Assembly (NCBI GenBank): GCA_964016885.1
Contig: OZ024745.1
Span: 18,600,001-18,664,000 of the forward strand
Direction of reading: 5' to 3'
Length of the DNA: 64,000 bases
Source: Eledone cirrhosa
Taxonomy: Eukaryota
Numbering within the stretch: position 1 is the first letter of the stretch; each line of letters opens with the position of its first letter. The position numbers and the translations under genes are program-made. A model generated the notes under the pieces. It was given only the letters and a program-made list of their open reading frames with translations, did no database searches and had not been told where the DNA came from. Shown in pieces: positions 41,850-56,148 of the stretch.

Positions 41850-42238
41850 CCGTGTTTCTTTAGAAATACGAAATTTCTATACATATTTGTATAAAGCTAT
41901 GCTTGAAGCGGAGTTTGCAGCAAAGTTTGCAGCCATCATGTGTCAAAATAGTAATATCATCTTAATGCAATATTTTGATAATTATTTATACTATCCAATC
42001 AGAATTTCAAACGTATATATTTTTCATATTAACAAAACGTACTTCACATTCTTTTTTGTTTTTATTTAACTTTAAATATTTTTATAAAGATTTTAATATA
42101 AATCTAGTGATTATTCAATTGTACTGTCATAATGGCAAATATGCTGCTACATCAATACGTGATTCTGGGAATATTGTATAGAAAAGTTATCGAATAAAAT
42201 GTACACACATACACACCCACACCACGCACCACACACAC

Positions 42239-42314
<76 letters not shown>

Positions 42315-42769
42315 GTATATATAAACATATATAAATGTGCGTGTGAGAGAGAGAAAGTGTGTGTGTGTGTATAATTATATATATGCGTTTGTGTATCTTT
42401 ATATATATATATGTATGTGCTTTTGTGTATTTTTCTATGTATATCTGTATGTATACGTGTATATATGTAAGCAGAAACATTACTATAACAAACGATAACA
42501 GCACGAATAAGCCAATGAAAAGTTGTGATGTTCTTTCATTTGCTCTAAAGTGCTAAACCTTCGGTGGACTTTGTCTCATATTCCTAGTGAACAGAATTAT
42601 GAACTGAATTGCAGAGGCAAGGAGTAATAATGAAAACCCGAAACAACTAGTCCAAAAGGTGGCGCTCATACTTGCGGGCAGTCATTGTCATGTGCACCAT
42701 ACCTTTTTAAATAAACATTATGATGAAAGAAACAGACATTTGCAGGCAACGTGGTACCCTAACTCATCG

Positions 42770-43300
42770 GAAGTTGATCTCCAATATTCACCGGGTAAGT
42801 ATGTTACCAAGTGCTGCACGGCAAGAATGAAAATCATCACTGCTCTGGGTACTGAGATATTCGTTATCACAGGAAGACCTGTACAATGTTCTTTATATTG
42901 TCATTGGAGTTACACTGAAGCAGGTGGGAAATTTCTGTTGTCGCGCAGCTGTTTTCATGAAGGCGAGAGGCTGAATTAAGTGAAAGAATTGCATGAGCTT
43001 GTGCAGTAATGCACCAGCTTCAGCACTCGATCATCGAGAAATTGATGAGAATTAGATGTAAAAGCCAAACTCGTTCTCTTCTAGTTGGTGTTTATGCCAT
43101 GGATATAGGGTAATGCCCAAAGGAATACGATCGCGAACACAAGTCGCCGAAATGATCTTTCTCCAAAGAATCTTTGGAGTAATGTTATTCGATAAGCTGC
43201 ATAACTCGGGGAGCAGAGTCACTCCGGGTAGAGACCCCACGTTTTCGAAATTAGGGATCACACCTCCGGTACTTAGGACATGTGGTTAGAATATCTTGAG
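42770..43300 (+). mobile_element. Old RTE-clade LINE fragment (post-RT region)
   Basis: ARMKIITA..TEIFVITGRPVQCSL / GVTLKQV / VMPKGIRSRTQVAEMIFLQRIFGVMLFDK across frameshifts. Confidence 0.68.
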
Positions 43301-44266
43301 TGCTTTTAAACCACTCTGTCAGATTGAGGGCCAGATGACATCTGTCGCCCTGACAATTGGATGATTTTAGCAGAAACCACTCTGCTGCAAATACTCACAT
43401 TTAGCCATAATATTCTGGAATCTCAATATCGACATGGATTATTCCTACTGCTTTAGTTAAAGATTCTATATTATTCTATCATCCTCGGAAGCTCTATATA
43501 TAGCACTGACTCTACCATGCACTACGGACATGTGGTTAGAATGTATTATTCTACCATCCTCGGAAGCTCTATACAGGGCACTTACTCTACTATACTTCCT
43601 CGGTATAAGCCATACAAGAGTGAAATCTTGTATCAACATATCTCCTTTGAACAACTTAGTTATTATCACCATATTGGCTTGCTCAAATAATTGTATTTAA
43701 CGAACACTAACTACACCTACCTAATTCCGCCATTCAATTCATCTATATCATAACTGCTATGGCTTCCATCTTTTCCCCGACTTACCAGTCACTTTCATAT
43801 CTAACTAACAAACCATGATATACCTCACCCATCAGTCTAGTCGATACACTTTACTGATTCGTTATGTTAGATAAATATGCTTTTATTTTGATGGGGAAAT
43901 TGTTTAAACAAATATATTGAACTAAACAAATACAACTAAGTAAGCATACACACACATATATATACATACGTATAGATACGGATAATCATATATGTGTTTG
44001 TCGGTATATAGTAAGTTCTTATTCTGTGAAATATATATTTGGTGAAAGCTGACCCATATGTGTGTGTCTGTACCAGGTCTGTTAATTTTGTTTCGTTCAA
44101 CATTACGAATGAATCCACAGAAATAGAAACCTTCTCATCAAACTTCTCTCTATATGTGTGTGTGTGTAAGCGTTAATGTTAGTGTGTGGATGCATCTGTA
44201 TGTATCTGCATCAATATATATATATATGTATACATGCAGATACATACAGATGCATACACACACTAA

Positions 44267-44353
<87 letters not shown>

Positions 44354-44739
44354 TGCATAATATGCATATATATCATGAATATATAAAACTATGTTAAATT
44401 TGAATACGTGTATGTCTCTGTAATGGTTGTCATATGTGTATAGAATCAAACTATAATATTGCAACTGAATATTAAGTAAAAACTTATCTTAAAACATATA
44501 ATGAAATATCGAATCAAAGAATAACATTTAATAACAAAAATATCAATTCAATAACAGAACATTAGAAAAATAGAAACGGTTCTTTAACAAAAAAATAAAG
44601 AAAAAATTCTTTAACATAGAAATATGAAATTCTCGAAGATAAAACAGAAAACCTTAGAAAAAAAGATGTTTTTCCGTCTTGGCGTATTTTAGCAACTAAT
44701 AATAATTTTATTACTTTTAATAACAACAACAAGAGTAAC

Positions 44740-44900
44740 AATAATAGTGGTTTCGATTTTAGGCACAAGGCCAGCAATTGTGGGAGGAAGGAGGAGGTAT
44801 GTTAAATCAACCCCAGTGTTTGGCTGTGTATACTTTAATTTATGAACTTCGGAGCAATGGAAGGCCAATTTGACCTCTGCGTGATTCAAACTCAGAACAA
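44740..44900 (-). mobile_element. Diverged SINE family A copy
   Basis: TTTAGGCACAAGGCCAGCAATT ... GAAGGCCAATTTGACCTC ... CAAACTCAGAAC. Confidence 0.6.
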
Positions 44901-44914
44901 ATATCACAAAACCC

Positions 44915-45035
44915 TTTTGATAAAAGTCATAACGCCTTTAGGGACAGTGCCTAACGCCCCAAATACGATTAGAAGGACTTTTCTCTCTACATCGTGCTCA
45001 GTTCTAATAGGACCTGCAAGGTCTAAAAATATAGT
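44915..45035 (-). mobile_element. R4/Dong-type RLE C-terminal fragment
   Basis: Minus reads FLDLAGPIRTEHDVERKVLLIVFGALGTVPKG. Confidence 0.5.
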
Positions 45036-45398
45036 TAAGCCCACATCTCGACAACTGTTGCTTCTCCTCAGAGCCAAGAAAAGATTCAGATCCCAACAAC
45101 TAATGAACAGCTAGATGGCTCAGATGGTACCCACGATGAAGTACATCAACAACCAGTCTAAACAGATCGATGATATTGATGTTCTGCTTAAACTGTTGGA
45201 GATCCACTGCTTTTAGAATGATAGGAGACGCGGTGAAGAGCTACAGAGGGCTGGGATTATGAGCAAGAAGAACTAAGCACCGCAGTTAATGTGAGGCGTG
45301 GATGTTAAAGGTAGCATGGATAAATGAGAGGTTGAGAGACGAGTGTGTTGGGAGAGCGTGGGTGCAAGTGGAATGACCTGATGACTAAAGCTCGTGCA

Positions 45399-45582
45399 TT
45401 GGCAGTATCGGTAGAGGGTCGGACGCCATGCTTTGCAGCATAGAGTTACGGTCCTTTATGATCTGAGTTCAAATCCCGCTGATGTTAACTTTGCCTTTCA
45501 TCCTTACGGGGTCGATAAAATAAAGTACCAGTGATGCACTGGGATAGTTGCTGGCCTTGTGCCAAAAATAGAAACAATTATT
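45399..45582 (+). mobile_element. tRNA-derived SINE, family A
   Basis: A/B boxes, core and tail as in 21414-21596. Confidence 0.88.
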
Positions 45583-46452
45583 AGAAGTGGCAGAAATAGG
45601 AGACAGTGCGACTGTGGGCTTGACGATGATGATTGTTAGTAAGAGACCTTATACGAAGCCGTGTGGCTTTAGTCTTGATATCGTCTAGTTTGCCTTGGGG
45701 GACATGTGAAGACCATCGACACATTCGCCTTCTCTATAATCTAACAAGTAAAGAACATTTATAATAGTAATCCTGATTGAACACAAAGACCCATACATAT
45801 AATATAAAATGCATTATGTAATGAGTTTGACACAATGTGTAGCATATACATATAATCACCCGAACTGCAACACCAGCAGTATCACCATTACGGTACCATG
45901 ACCACCAACACTGCAACAGGTATATAAACAACACTGTAACAACAGCTTCGACACGACAGTACCACCAGCAATAACAACAACAACAACAGCTTTACTACTG
46001 TAGAGCTAATTGCTGAAACTACTATAGTATTCACTTTACACCTTTCAACCCCCGTTTGACATTCCACACAACACTGCAGTACATAAACACCCTAAACATG
46101 TAGTACACACACGTAGCAACTCAAACAACACACTACAACACATATCTTACACCATATTGTACACAAGAAGGACATTTCAGAAGTTGGATTAACATTGTTC
46201 GTTTCTAGGAAGGAAAACAAATGTGAGTGTGATGATGGCTTGGTTGAGAGGAAAATCTTAATAACAGCATGTCAGCATCCCCTGGGACTCTGCATTAGTA
46301 TGACGTGGTCACTGTTAGTCCTGCAAAGCAGACATTTTTACACAAGTTTCAAATGTGTATAAAAATATTTACTCATGCATTCAGAAATTTCGCGAAAAGT
46401 CGGTTGGCATAGGAACACACACACGCACGCACACACACACATACACACACAC

Positions 46453-46546
<94 letters not shown>

Positions 46547-46560
46547 GTGTGTGTATATAT

Positions 46561-46737
46561 ATAGGAGAAAGTATTACCCCGACGGCTATTTCTGGACTTT
46601 AGTCCAAAAATAGCCGTCGAAACGGCTTGAGCTCTGCCGTCGGGGTCATACTTTCTCCTATTACCCACTCTACTACCCTAAGTATTGAGTACTCTGGTGC
46701 GTTATGGTCAATCTGGTTCCTTACCACAACTCCCCCG

Positions 46738-46740
<3 letters not shown>
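46561..46740 (+). mobile_element. PLE pLTR remnant with inverted 5' end and 3' half of a hammerhead
   Basis: 26-bp inverted repeat 46561-46586/46636-46661; hairpin 46581-46618 followed by GAAA-CGGC-TT; related copy at 38364-38470. Confidence 0.6.
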
Positions 46741-46825
<85 letters not shown>

Positions 46826-46905
46826 CTGTATATATATATATATTTAGTACTACACATAACTGGACGTTACAATGTATATATATATGTATATGTATATATA
46901 TATGC

Positions 46906-46936
<31 letters not shown>

Positions 46937-47096
46937 CATATATATATATATTTATATACATATATATATACATATACATATACAGATTGTTTATATTTAC
47001 ATATATATATAATGTGAGAAATATTTACATATATATATATATATGTGAGAAAAACCACAGATGTGAGAAAAACCACAGACCCTCCATCTCAACTCA

Positions 47097-47134
47097 CCTT
47101 TTGAAAAGCAGAAGAACTGCGAAACCGGTAAAGG
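47097..47134 (+). ncRNA. 38-nt minimal hammerhead ribozyme, U3-A8 core variant
   Basis: CCTT-TTGAAAA-GCAG AAGAA CTGC-GAAA-CCGG-TA-AAGG, then AATAAA; downstream tail shared with 38110-38216. Confidence 0.75.
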
Positions 47135-47613
47135 AACAAAATAAATATATATATTTTTTTTTTTAAATAAGACTTTTCGATTTCATCTCTTTTTCTTTAT
47201 ACTTTCACTCGTGTAGGACACCTCGGTTATTTTTCATTTTGTGAAAAAAACCTCACTTTCTAATATATATATATATATATATACATGTGTGTGTGTATAT
47301 ATCAGGATACAACCTGTTTTAAACTAGTTAGATCATTACTCAACAGAATACTCGATACTCAAAATAGTAGAGTATGGCTATATTAGAAAGAGTCTGTGCC
47401 CTACGGCTGAGCTCCTGTCGTTTCAACAAAATATATAAATATAATATATAAACACAATATATAATGGCAATTACAATATCCAGAGGGGTAGACATGACTA
47501 AACCTGATTTGAGGAAATGTCGCAAAGATGTGATGCAAGCAATTTAACCAAGTACTATAAAGAACACGCACACGTGTGTGTATTTCTGTTTTGCACACAC
47601 ACACACACTCATG

Positions 47614-47735
<122 letters not shown>

Positions 47736-47789
47736 TACATATATACATATATATATTTATATACATATATATAAATATATGTGTGTGTG

Positions 47790-50045
47790 GGGAGAGGGGA
47801 CTGTTAACTTTGATAACTTTTATAGGTTTCGGCCGGTATTGACCCAGGCCATGTCTAACTTAATAGCACCACATAGCGAAGGCTTAAAAATCAGGGTTTG
47901 GGCACCATGGCCCACTCGAGCAGAGAGTTATTGTTACTGAGGCATATCCGGGTGTAGGAGGCTTATCCGGGATTTCTTGAAGGAATTTATTCAAAGACTT
48001 CTTGAACTTGATGGCATCTGTCTCTGCTTTGATGTGTTTTGGTGTAATGTTAAAGAGAGCAGGGCCAATTGAGGTGAAATAATTGTTGTTATGAGGTGCC
48101 AGTGAGATTTTTGTCCTGGGCGGATAGCACGTGACCCAAGCCTTAGGTGTGCATTAAAGGTGATGCCAACATCATTTGGGCTAAGCTGATGGAATATTTT
48201 CCACATCATGCAGATAATGTAGCGCTCACGGCGACGTTGAAGAGAATAATGGTTGAGTTTTCTAATTGACTCCAATAGTCAAGGCCTGTCATGCCATCTA
48301 TCTTTTTTGTAATCGATCTTCGGGGTGCTTCAACTTCCATGATACTTTGTTTCGTGTGGGGTGACCACAGTGGACAACAGTATTCAAGGTGGGGTCGGGC
48401 AAAAGTGGAGAAGAAAAAGATAACTGTGTGGATATCTCTCGACTGGAAGGTTCTGATAATCCAGGAACCCATTCTGCGGGCGATGTCAACTTTGCTGTTT
48501 ATATGAGTGGCCCAGCTTATATTGTTGTCCACAATTACTCCTAGATCTCTGATGTTGTTGGATGCCACAAGAGTTTTACCCGAAGGAAGAGAGTATGGTA
48601 GTTTCAGGGCATCCTTTTTTCCAAAGTGGATTAATTCAAACTTATCCTCATTCAACAGCATATTATTCTTTTCTGCCCATTGGATAACAGCCAGTAGGTC
48701 TGACTGAAGGCATGTCCGGTTACCCATCTCATCGATGACCTTTTGGAGCTTGGAATCATCAGCGAAGATTCTTATGTTGCTGTGCTTGATGATGTGAGTA
48801 ATGTCATTAATGTAGATAATGAAAAGAAGTGGGTCCAACACAGTGCCTTGCGAGACACCGCTGCTGACTTTGGCAGGGCTTGATTTTACTCTTTCGACTA
48901 CAACGTGTTGGGTTCTGTCTGTCAGGAAACATTTGATCCACTGTAGTAGCTTTCCAGAGACACCAATAATGGATAGTTTTTTCAGTAGAATCTTATGATC
49001 AACCCTGTCTAAGGCCTTGCTGAAATCAAGATAGATGACATCAGTTTTGGAGCTCTCTCAAAGCTCTCAAAACATCGTCAAAGTGATGCAGGAGCTGCGT
49101 TAGGCAGTCCCTTCCATTACGGAACCCATGTTGGTTGGAGTTCAGCAGGCTGTTGCTTTCAAGAAAGTGGGTAATTCGTGATCTCACCACCCTCTCAAGT
49201 ACCTTGATAATATGAGAGGTGAGTGAGATCTGACGGTAGTTCACTGCAAGGGACTTATTTCCCTTTTTTGAAGACTGGGACAACGGACTGGGAGAGAATG
49301 TTTTCAGGGATATAGCCAGTATCCAGTGAGTTCCTCCACAGATTAGCAAGAGGAGATGCAAGTTGGTGTCAACACAGCTTCAGGACACAAGCAAGGAACC
49401 TGTCGGGGCCTACTGCTGAATTGTGTTTAATTTCGTTTATTGCCGCTAAGACATCAGGGGCGCCAAACGTTATGCCCGATATAGTGTGTTGGGGGTTAAT
49501 ATCACTGATACGGCCCAGATCGGCCAAATCAGGATTGCTTAAAACAGAGCAGTATTGCTTCTGCATTTCCTCGCCCATGGTGTTGGCCTTATCTTGGAGT
49601 GTGCCATTTTCATCAACTCGAGCGCCAACAGTGGAAACAGTGACCTTGTGTTTTTTAGCAAATGAAAAGAACACTTTGGGGTTGAGTTTATTTTCTCAAT
49701 GGCCCACCTCTCTTTAGCTCTTCTCTGGTTATTGATGATGGTCTTCATGCATTGTTGGAGGTTATATTTTTTTGACTCAAGCATGGTGATAGCCATTGAA
49801 TGTGTGTGTTGCTGTTGGCAGTATTTTAGTGTGTTAATATTTTGTTTCTTCTTTTTATTTTTCGATAATTGTTTTTCTGTTTTGGGGGATACTGCACTTG
49901 GTTTTGTTCACAGGTTTTGGTGGGGTGTGTTTTGTACATATATTTGTGACAGTGTCTACAAAGATCTGCCAAGATGTTTTGATGTTGGTGGAAATGTGTG
50001 CGTGTGTAAAAGACCAGTCAACATGTAATAATTCGTTCATAATTG
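47790..50045 (-). mobile_element. CR1/L2-group LINE, 5'-truncated RT pseudogene
   Basis: NYRQISLTS, QHGFR, IYLDFSKA, QGTVLDPLLFIIYINDI, FADDSKL, RPHLEYCCPLWSP, YSLQRRRERY in frameshifted pieces; 3' stem-loop near 47830-47852. Confidence 0.9.
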
Positions 50046-50517
50046 CATCATACACACATACATTTACATATGAACCTAGCTACATATGAACCCCTATGTA
50101 TATCCCCATAAGTAATTGTTTATACATGTATATGTACATATAAAATACAAGTAACATTTTAACATAAATGATTATATATTTATATATTTATATATATATA
50201 TATATATATATATAAACGCATTGTAAGTGTCAATATTGATATGTTAGTATAAATATTTGAAAGTTGTGCTGGCTTAGCTTGTTTATTTTTCCTCTTCAAT
50301 AAGTATGGCAACTTCAATGACTTCTTCTCTGTCGATTTAATATTTAATTAAAGAAACACCGAACCAAAACTCTTTCATATATTTCTGAAATGGTTATTTG
50401 ACACGAAGTAAATGTATTTATTTGCTTTGCAAAAGAAGAATCAATATACACGCACGCGCACAAACAGTCACAGACATATATATACATATATACTCGCCAT
50501 TCAGGCTTTTAAGTTTA

Positions 50518-50519
<2 letters not shown>

Positions 50520-50577
<58 letters not shown>

Positions 50578-50589
50578 ATATATATATAC

Positions 50590-50649
<60 letters not shown>

Positions 50650-50657
50650 CGTGTATA

Positions 50658-50747
<90 letters not shown>

Positions 50748-50813
50748 TTTATATATATATGTGTATATGTATATATATATGTGTGTATATGTATATATTT
50801 ATATATATATGTG

Positions 50814-50854
<41 letters not shown>

Positions 50855-50900
50855 GTATGTATATATATGTATGTATGTATGTATGTTGGTTTGTATATGT
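50520..50900. repeat. Degenerate (TA)n/(TG)n microsatellite field
   Basis: Direct reading; similar fields at 28500-28690, 32520-33000, 36010-36750, 46430-47040 and 54220-56150. Confidence 0.9.
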
Positions 50901-51566
50901 GTGTATAAACTTGGGTGTATAAACATGTGTGTGTGTGTTATGTTAATCTGTGTGGGGACCACATCTCTCTCTGTAAGTCCTGTATTTAATGTTATAATAT
51001 ATATAATTTTCTAATCTGTTACTGTTCGTTACACTGTTATTATTGTTGTTGTTGCGTTTTCATAAATTTCTTACATTGTGGTTGTTATTTTGGTTTTTGT
51101 GTTAGTTGGGGTGTTGTATTCCTTGTTGTTTCTCTTGTAGTTGTTGTCGTTATATATAATTCTATGTTATCATTGAGATATTATGTTGTGTGTTTTGGCA
51201 ACGCTCTGTCGTGTTTCAATAGATTGGTAACACTTAGTACAGGCCATTGATGTGTGGTAATGTATAGAGGTGAACTTTTCTATGCCGGGGTCTTTCTTAC
51301 TAATCATACCATCTTGTTGGCTTGTGTGTAGTATGGCTGATAGTGTCTTGGTGTGTAGTGGGATGTATGATTGTATATAGCATGCTGATGACGTAATGGG
51401 GTGTGGTGTTACGTAGTTATGTGTTGGGTTAATGTACTGATATATTAAAATGATGTGCATTGTTGTATGGGGTTACACAACGTGAGGCTGTGTAAATATG
51501 GTGTGTTTTAGTGTAAGGCAGTGTTGCATGGCATAATATGTAGTGTAGTGTGGGTGTTGTGGTGTA

Positions 51567-53710
51567 GTGTGGTGTTGTGTTGTAGTATATTTTGGTACTG
51601 CCGGGTGTAGTGTGGTGTTCTGTTGTAGTGTATATTGTGGTACTGACAGGTGTAGTGGGGTGTTGTGTTGTAGTGTATATTGTGGTACTGACAGGTGTAG
51701 TGTGGTGTTGTGTTGTAGTGTATATTGTGGTACAGCCAGTTGTAGTGTGGTGTTGTGTTGTAGTGTGGTGTTGTGTTATAGTGTGGTGTAGTGTTGTAGT
51801 GTATATTGTGGTACAGCCAGTTGTAGTGTGATGTTGTGTTGTAGTGTATATTGTGGTACAGCCAGTTATAGGGGGTGTTGTGTTGTAGTGTATAGTGTGG
51901 TACTGCCAGTTGTAGTGTTTGTGTTGTGTTGTAGTGTATATTTTGGTACAGCCAGTTGTAGGGGGTGTTGTGTTGTAGTGTATATTGTGGTACAGCCAGT
52001 TGTAGTGTGGTGTTGTGTTGTAGTGTATATTGTGGTACTGACAGGTGTAGTGGGGTGTTGTGTTGTAGTGTATATTGTGGTACTGACAGGTGTAGTGTGA
52101 TGTTGTGTTGTAGTGTATATTGTGGTACAGCCAGTTGTAGGGGGTGTTGTGTTGTAGTGTATAGTGTGGTACTGCCAGTTGTAGTGTTTGTGTTGTGTTG
52201 TAGTGTATATTTTGGTACAGCCAGTTGTAGGGGGTGTTGTGTTGTAGTGTATATTGTGGTACAGCCAGTTGTAGTGTGGTGTTGTGTTGTAGTGTATATT
52301 GTGGTACTGACAGGTGTAGTGGGGTGTTGTGTTGTAGTGTATATTGTGGTACTGACAGGTGTAGTGTGGTGTTGTGTTGTAGTGTATATTGTGGTACAGC
52401 CAGTTGTAGTGTGGTGTTGTGTTGTAGTATATATTGTGGTACTACCAGTTGTAGTGTTTGTGTTGTGTTGTAGTGTATATTGTGGTACAGCCAGTTGTAG
52501 TGTGGTGTTGTCTTGTAGTGTATATTGTGGTACTGCCAGTTGTAGTGGGGTGTTGTGTTGTAGTGTATATTGTGGTACAGCCAGTTGTAGTGTGGTGTTG
52601 TGTTGTAGTGTATATTGTGGTACTGACAGGTGTAGTGTGGTGTTGTGTTGTAGTGTATATTGTGCTACTGACAGGTGTAGTGTGGTGTTGTGTTGTAGTG
52701 TATATTGTGGTACAGCCAGTTGTAGTGTGGTGTTGTGTTGTAGTGTATATTGTGGTACTGACAGGTGTAGTGTGGTGTTGTGTTGTAGTGTATATTGTGG
52801 TACTGACAGGTGTAGTGTGGTGTTGTGTTGTAGTGTATATTGTGGTACTGACAGTTGTAGTGTGGTGTTGTGTTGTAGTGTATATTGTGGTACTGACAGA
52901 TGTAGTGGGGTGTTGTGTTGTAGTGTATATTGTGGTACTGACAGGTGTAGTGGGGTGTTGTGTTGTAGTGTATATTGTTGTACTGACAGGTGTAGTGTGG
53001 TGTTGTGTTGTAGTGTATATTGTGGTACTGCCAGTTGTAGTGTGGTGTTGTGTTGTAGTGTATATTGTGGTACAGCCAGTTGTAGGGGGTGTTGTGTTGT
53101 AGTGTATATTGTGGTACTGACAGGTGTAGTGGGGTGTTGTGTTGTAGTGTATATTGTGGTACTGTCAGTTGTAGTGTGGTGTTGTGTTGTAGTGTATATT
53201 GTGGTACAGCCAGTTGTAGTGTGGTGTTGTGTTGTAGTGTATATTGTGGTACTGCCAGGTGTAGGGGGTGTTGTGTTGTAGTGTATATTGTGGTACAGCC
53301 AGTTGTAGTGTGGTGTTGTGTTGTAGTGGATATTGTGGTACAGCCAGTTGTAGGGGGTGTTGTGTTGTAGTGTATATTGTGGTACTGCCAGGTGTAGTGT
53401 GGTGTTGTGTTGTAGTGTATATTGTGGTACTGCCAGTTATAGTGTGGTGTTGTGTTGTAGTGTATATTGTGGTACTGCCAGGTGTAGTGTGGTGTTGTGT
53501 TGTAGTGTGGTGTGTTGTAGTGTATATTGTGGTACTGCCAGTTATAGTGAGGTGTTGTGTTGTAGTGAGGTGTTATGTTGTAGTGTGGTGTTGTGTTGTA
53601 GTGAGGTGTGTTGTAGTATGGTGTTGTGTTGTAGTGTATATTGGGGTACTGCCAGGTGTAGTGTGGTGTTGTGTTGTAGTGTGGTGTGTTGTAGTGTATA
53701 TTGTGGTGTA
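51567..53710. repeat. 45-bp GT-rich minisatellite (~47 copies)
   Basis: Unit GTGTGGTGTTGTGTTGTAGTGTATATTGTGGTAC(AGCCAGT/TGACAGG)TGTA, with 43-bp variants. Confidence 0.95.
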
Positions 53711-54282
53711 GAATTGTGTGTGATGTTACAGGCTGTAGTATAGTGTGGTGCTGCGTGCTGTTATATCATACAGTATGGGGTAATACAGTAATGTTGAGTG
53801 TAGTATAGTAGTGTATAGTGTTGTATTATAGTATAGAAGTAGTACATTCTGATGCTGGTGTTATTGTTGTTGTTTAGATAAGACCTGATCTTGAAGACCT
53901 ATCACAGAGTTCCAGTTATGGACATCGAATCTTATTTGTTCAAGCCATAATAATACATTGTTCAATGAAGTTGAGTTGGCTTCTATATCTGACATATCGT
54001 GTGACGTCATGTGTGTCTTATTGTTAATGTAGTATCTTCTACTATAGCTGTTGTTGTTGTTGTTGTTGTTGTTGCTGTTGTTGATGATTTACAATGTTGT
54101 GTGTATATGTGCTTCTGTGCATATGTGCTTCTCTCAGTGCGTGTAAGTACGTAGAATTATGTATGTATATGTGTGTGGCTTATTATTATGCTGTTTACTG
54201 ATGGATGATAAAGCATATTTTTCGATACACACACACACGCACACACACACACACACACATACACACACACACACACAAATAC

Positions 54283-54326
<44 letters not shown>

Positions 54327-54527
54327 TTATAAACATATTTATTTTTAGTATATATATATATATATAGTATATATATACAAACATATCTAGAACACGTGTA
54401 TGCGTATGTGTATGTATATATATTTGTATTTATATATATATTTGTATTTATATATATATTTGTATATATATATATATATATATATACAAATATATATACA
54501 TACACATACTCACACATACGCACGCAT

Positions 54528-54585
<58 letters not shown>

Positions 54586-54715
54586 GGTTGTGTATGTTTA
54601 TACCTGTGAAAATATGTATTTTATGTGCATATACTTTTTTCTACATGTGAGTAATTATTTGTTAGAAACTCACATATACATACATGTGATGCATGTATGT
54701 ATGTGTGTTCCTCTG

Positions 54716-54750
<35 letters not shown>

Positions 54751-54791
54751 CTGTGTGTGTGTGTGTGTGCGTGTGTGAGTGTGTATGTGTG

Positions 54792-54853
<62 letters not shown>

Positions 54854-54931
54854 TGTATGCGTGTGTTTTTGTATCTATTGCGGTATGTATATATATGTAT
54901 ATATTTATGTATTATGTATGTGTGTGGTGTG

Positions 54932-54992
<61 letters not shown>

Positions 54993-55813
54993 CTGATTAT
55001 GTGTGTATTGTGTCCTTATATATTTATGTATGTATTCGTGTATGTCTGTAAGTGTAGCTTTTTGCTTTTATTTTGCTCTATTTACAATTGCTATAATGCA
55101 TTAGAAGACATACATTACTTTCAAGTGTGCCTGTATCACGCCAACTACATGACATACAATGTTTCATATAGCAGGCATTTACACTCAAAAGCCTTCATAC
55201 ATAACTAATGGAAAATTCTCTAGAAATCAGAAGAAAAATAAATGTTCAATAAAATTCAGGTAACTATTGTTCAAAGTAAGGATTGAAACCTCGGATATCA
55301 TTTGAAAAGACATTATGTATTTATTGTATTTCTTTTACAGTGGGCCCGCATCTTACGCGATCAACTGGCTCCCCAATCTTACGCGTTATATAATGTTAAA
55401 GACCCTTATATATAGGTGCATATATATATGTCTGTGTTCTGTGTGTGTGTTTGTGTGTGCTTGTGTGTGTGTACGTATATGTGTGTGTGTTTGCGTGCGT
55501 GTACGTTTGTGTGTGTAGGTTTATGTGTGTGTTATGTATATATTGATATGTTTTTGAGGATGTATGACGTCAAATTGAGAAAACTAAAGAAATGAATTGA
55601 ATGTTTCAAGTTTTCTCCTTTACATAAGGTGATAAAGTAAGACATTTCAGTGAGACATTTCATTGTGGAACAGATGTTAAAAGCTTCACAGATTCACGTA
55701 TGCACAAGTTATATGTTTCACATTTTTTTTTATTCTATGATATATTTATCTATTACATGTCTATTTACATATATATATATATATATAAATACACACACGC
55801 ACACACCACACAC

Positions 55814-55935
<122 letters not shown>

Positions 55936-56055
55936 GGAGAGAGAGAGAGAGGGAGAGAGAGAGAGAAGTAGGTAGGTAGATATAGATAGATAGATAGATA
56001 GAGATAGATAGATAGATAGATAGATAGATGAACAAAACATTATCTGTATATCCGG

Positions 56056-56148
<93 letters not shown>

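Noticed and set aside
47395-47490. Minus-strand GAAACG...CGTA-GGGC hammerhead-like end
   Set aside because: Upstream core unrecognisable.
47815-47862. GGCC...GGCC-GAAAC hairpin on minus resembling a hammerhead
   Set aside because: No CUGANGA and no stem I; better explained as the LINE 3' stem-loop.
51567-53743. Cys-rich ORFs (VVLCCSVYCGTASCS repeats, up to 438 aa)
   Set aside because: Translations of a 45-bp minisatellite; 43-bp variants shift the frame freely; no ATG/signal or splice context.
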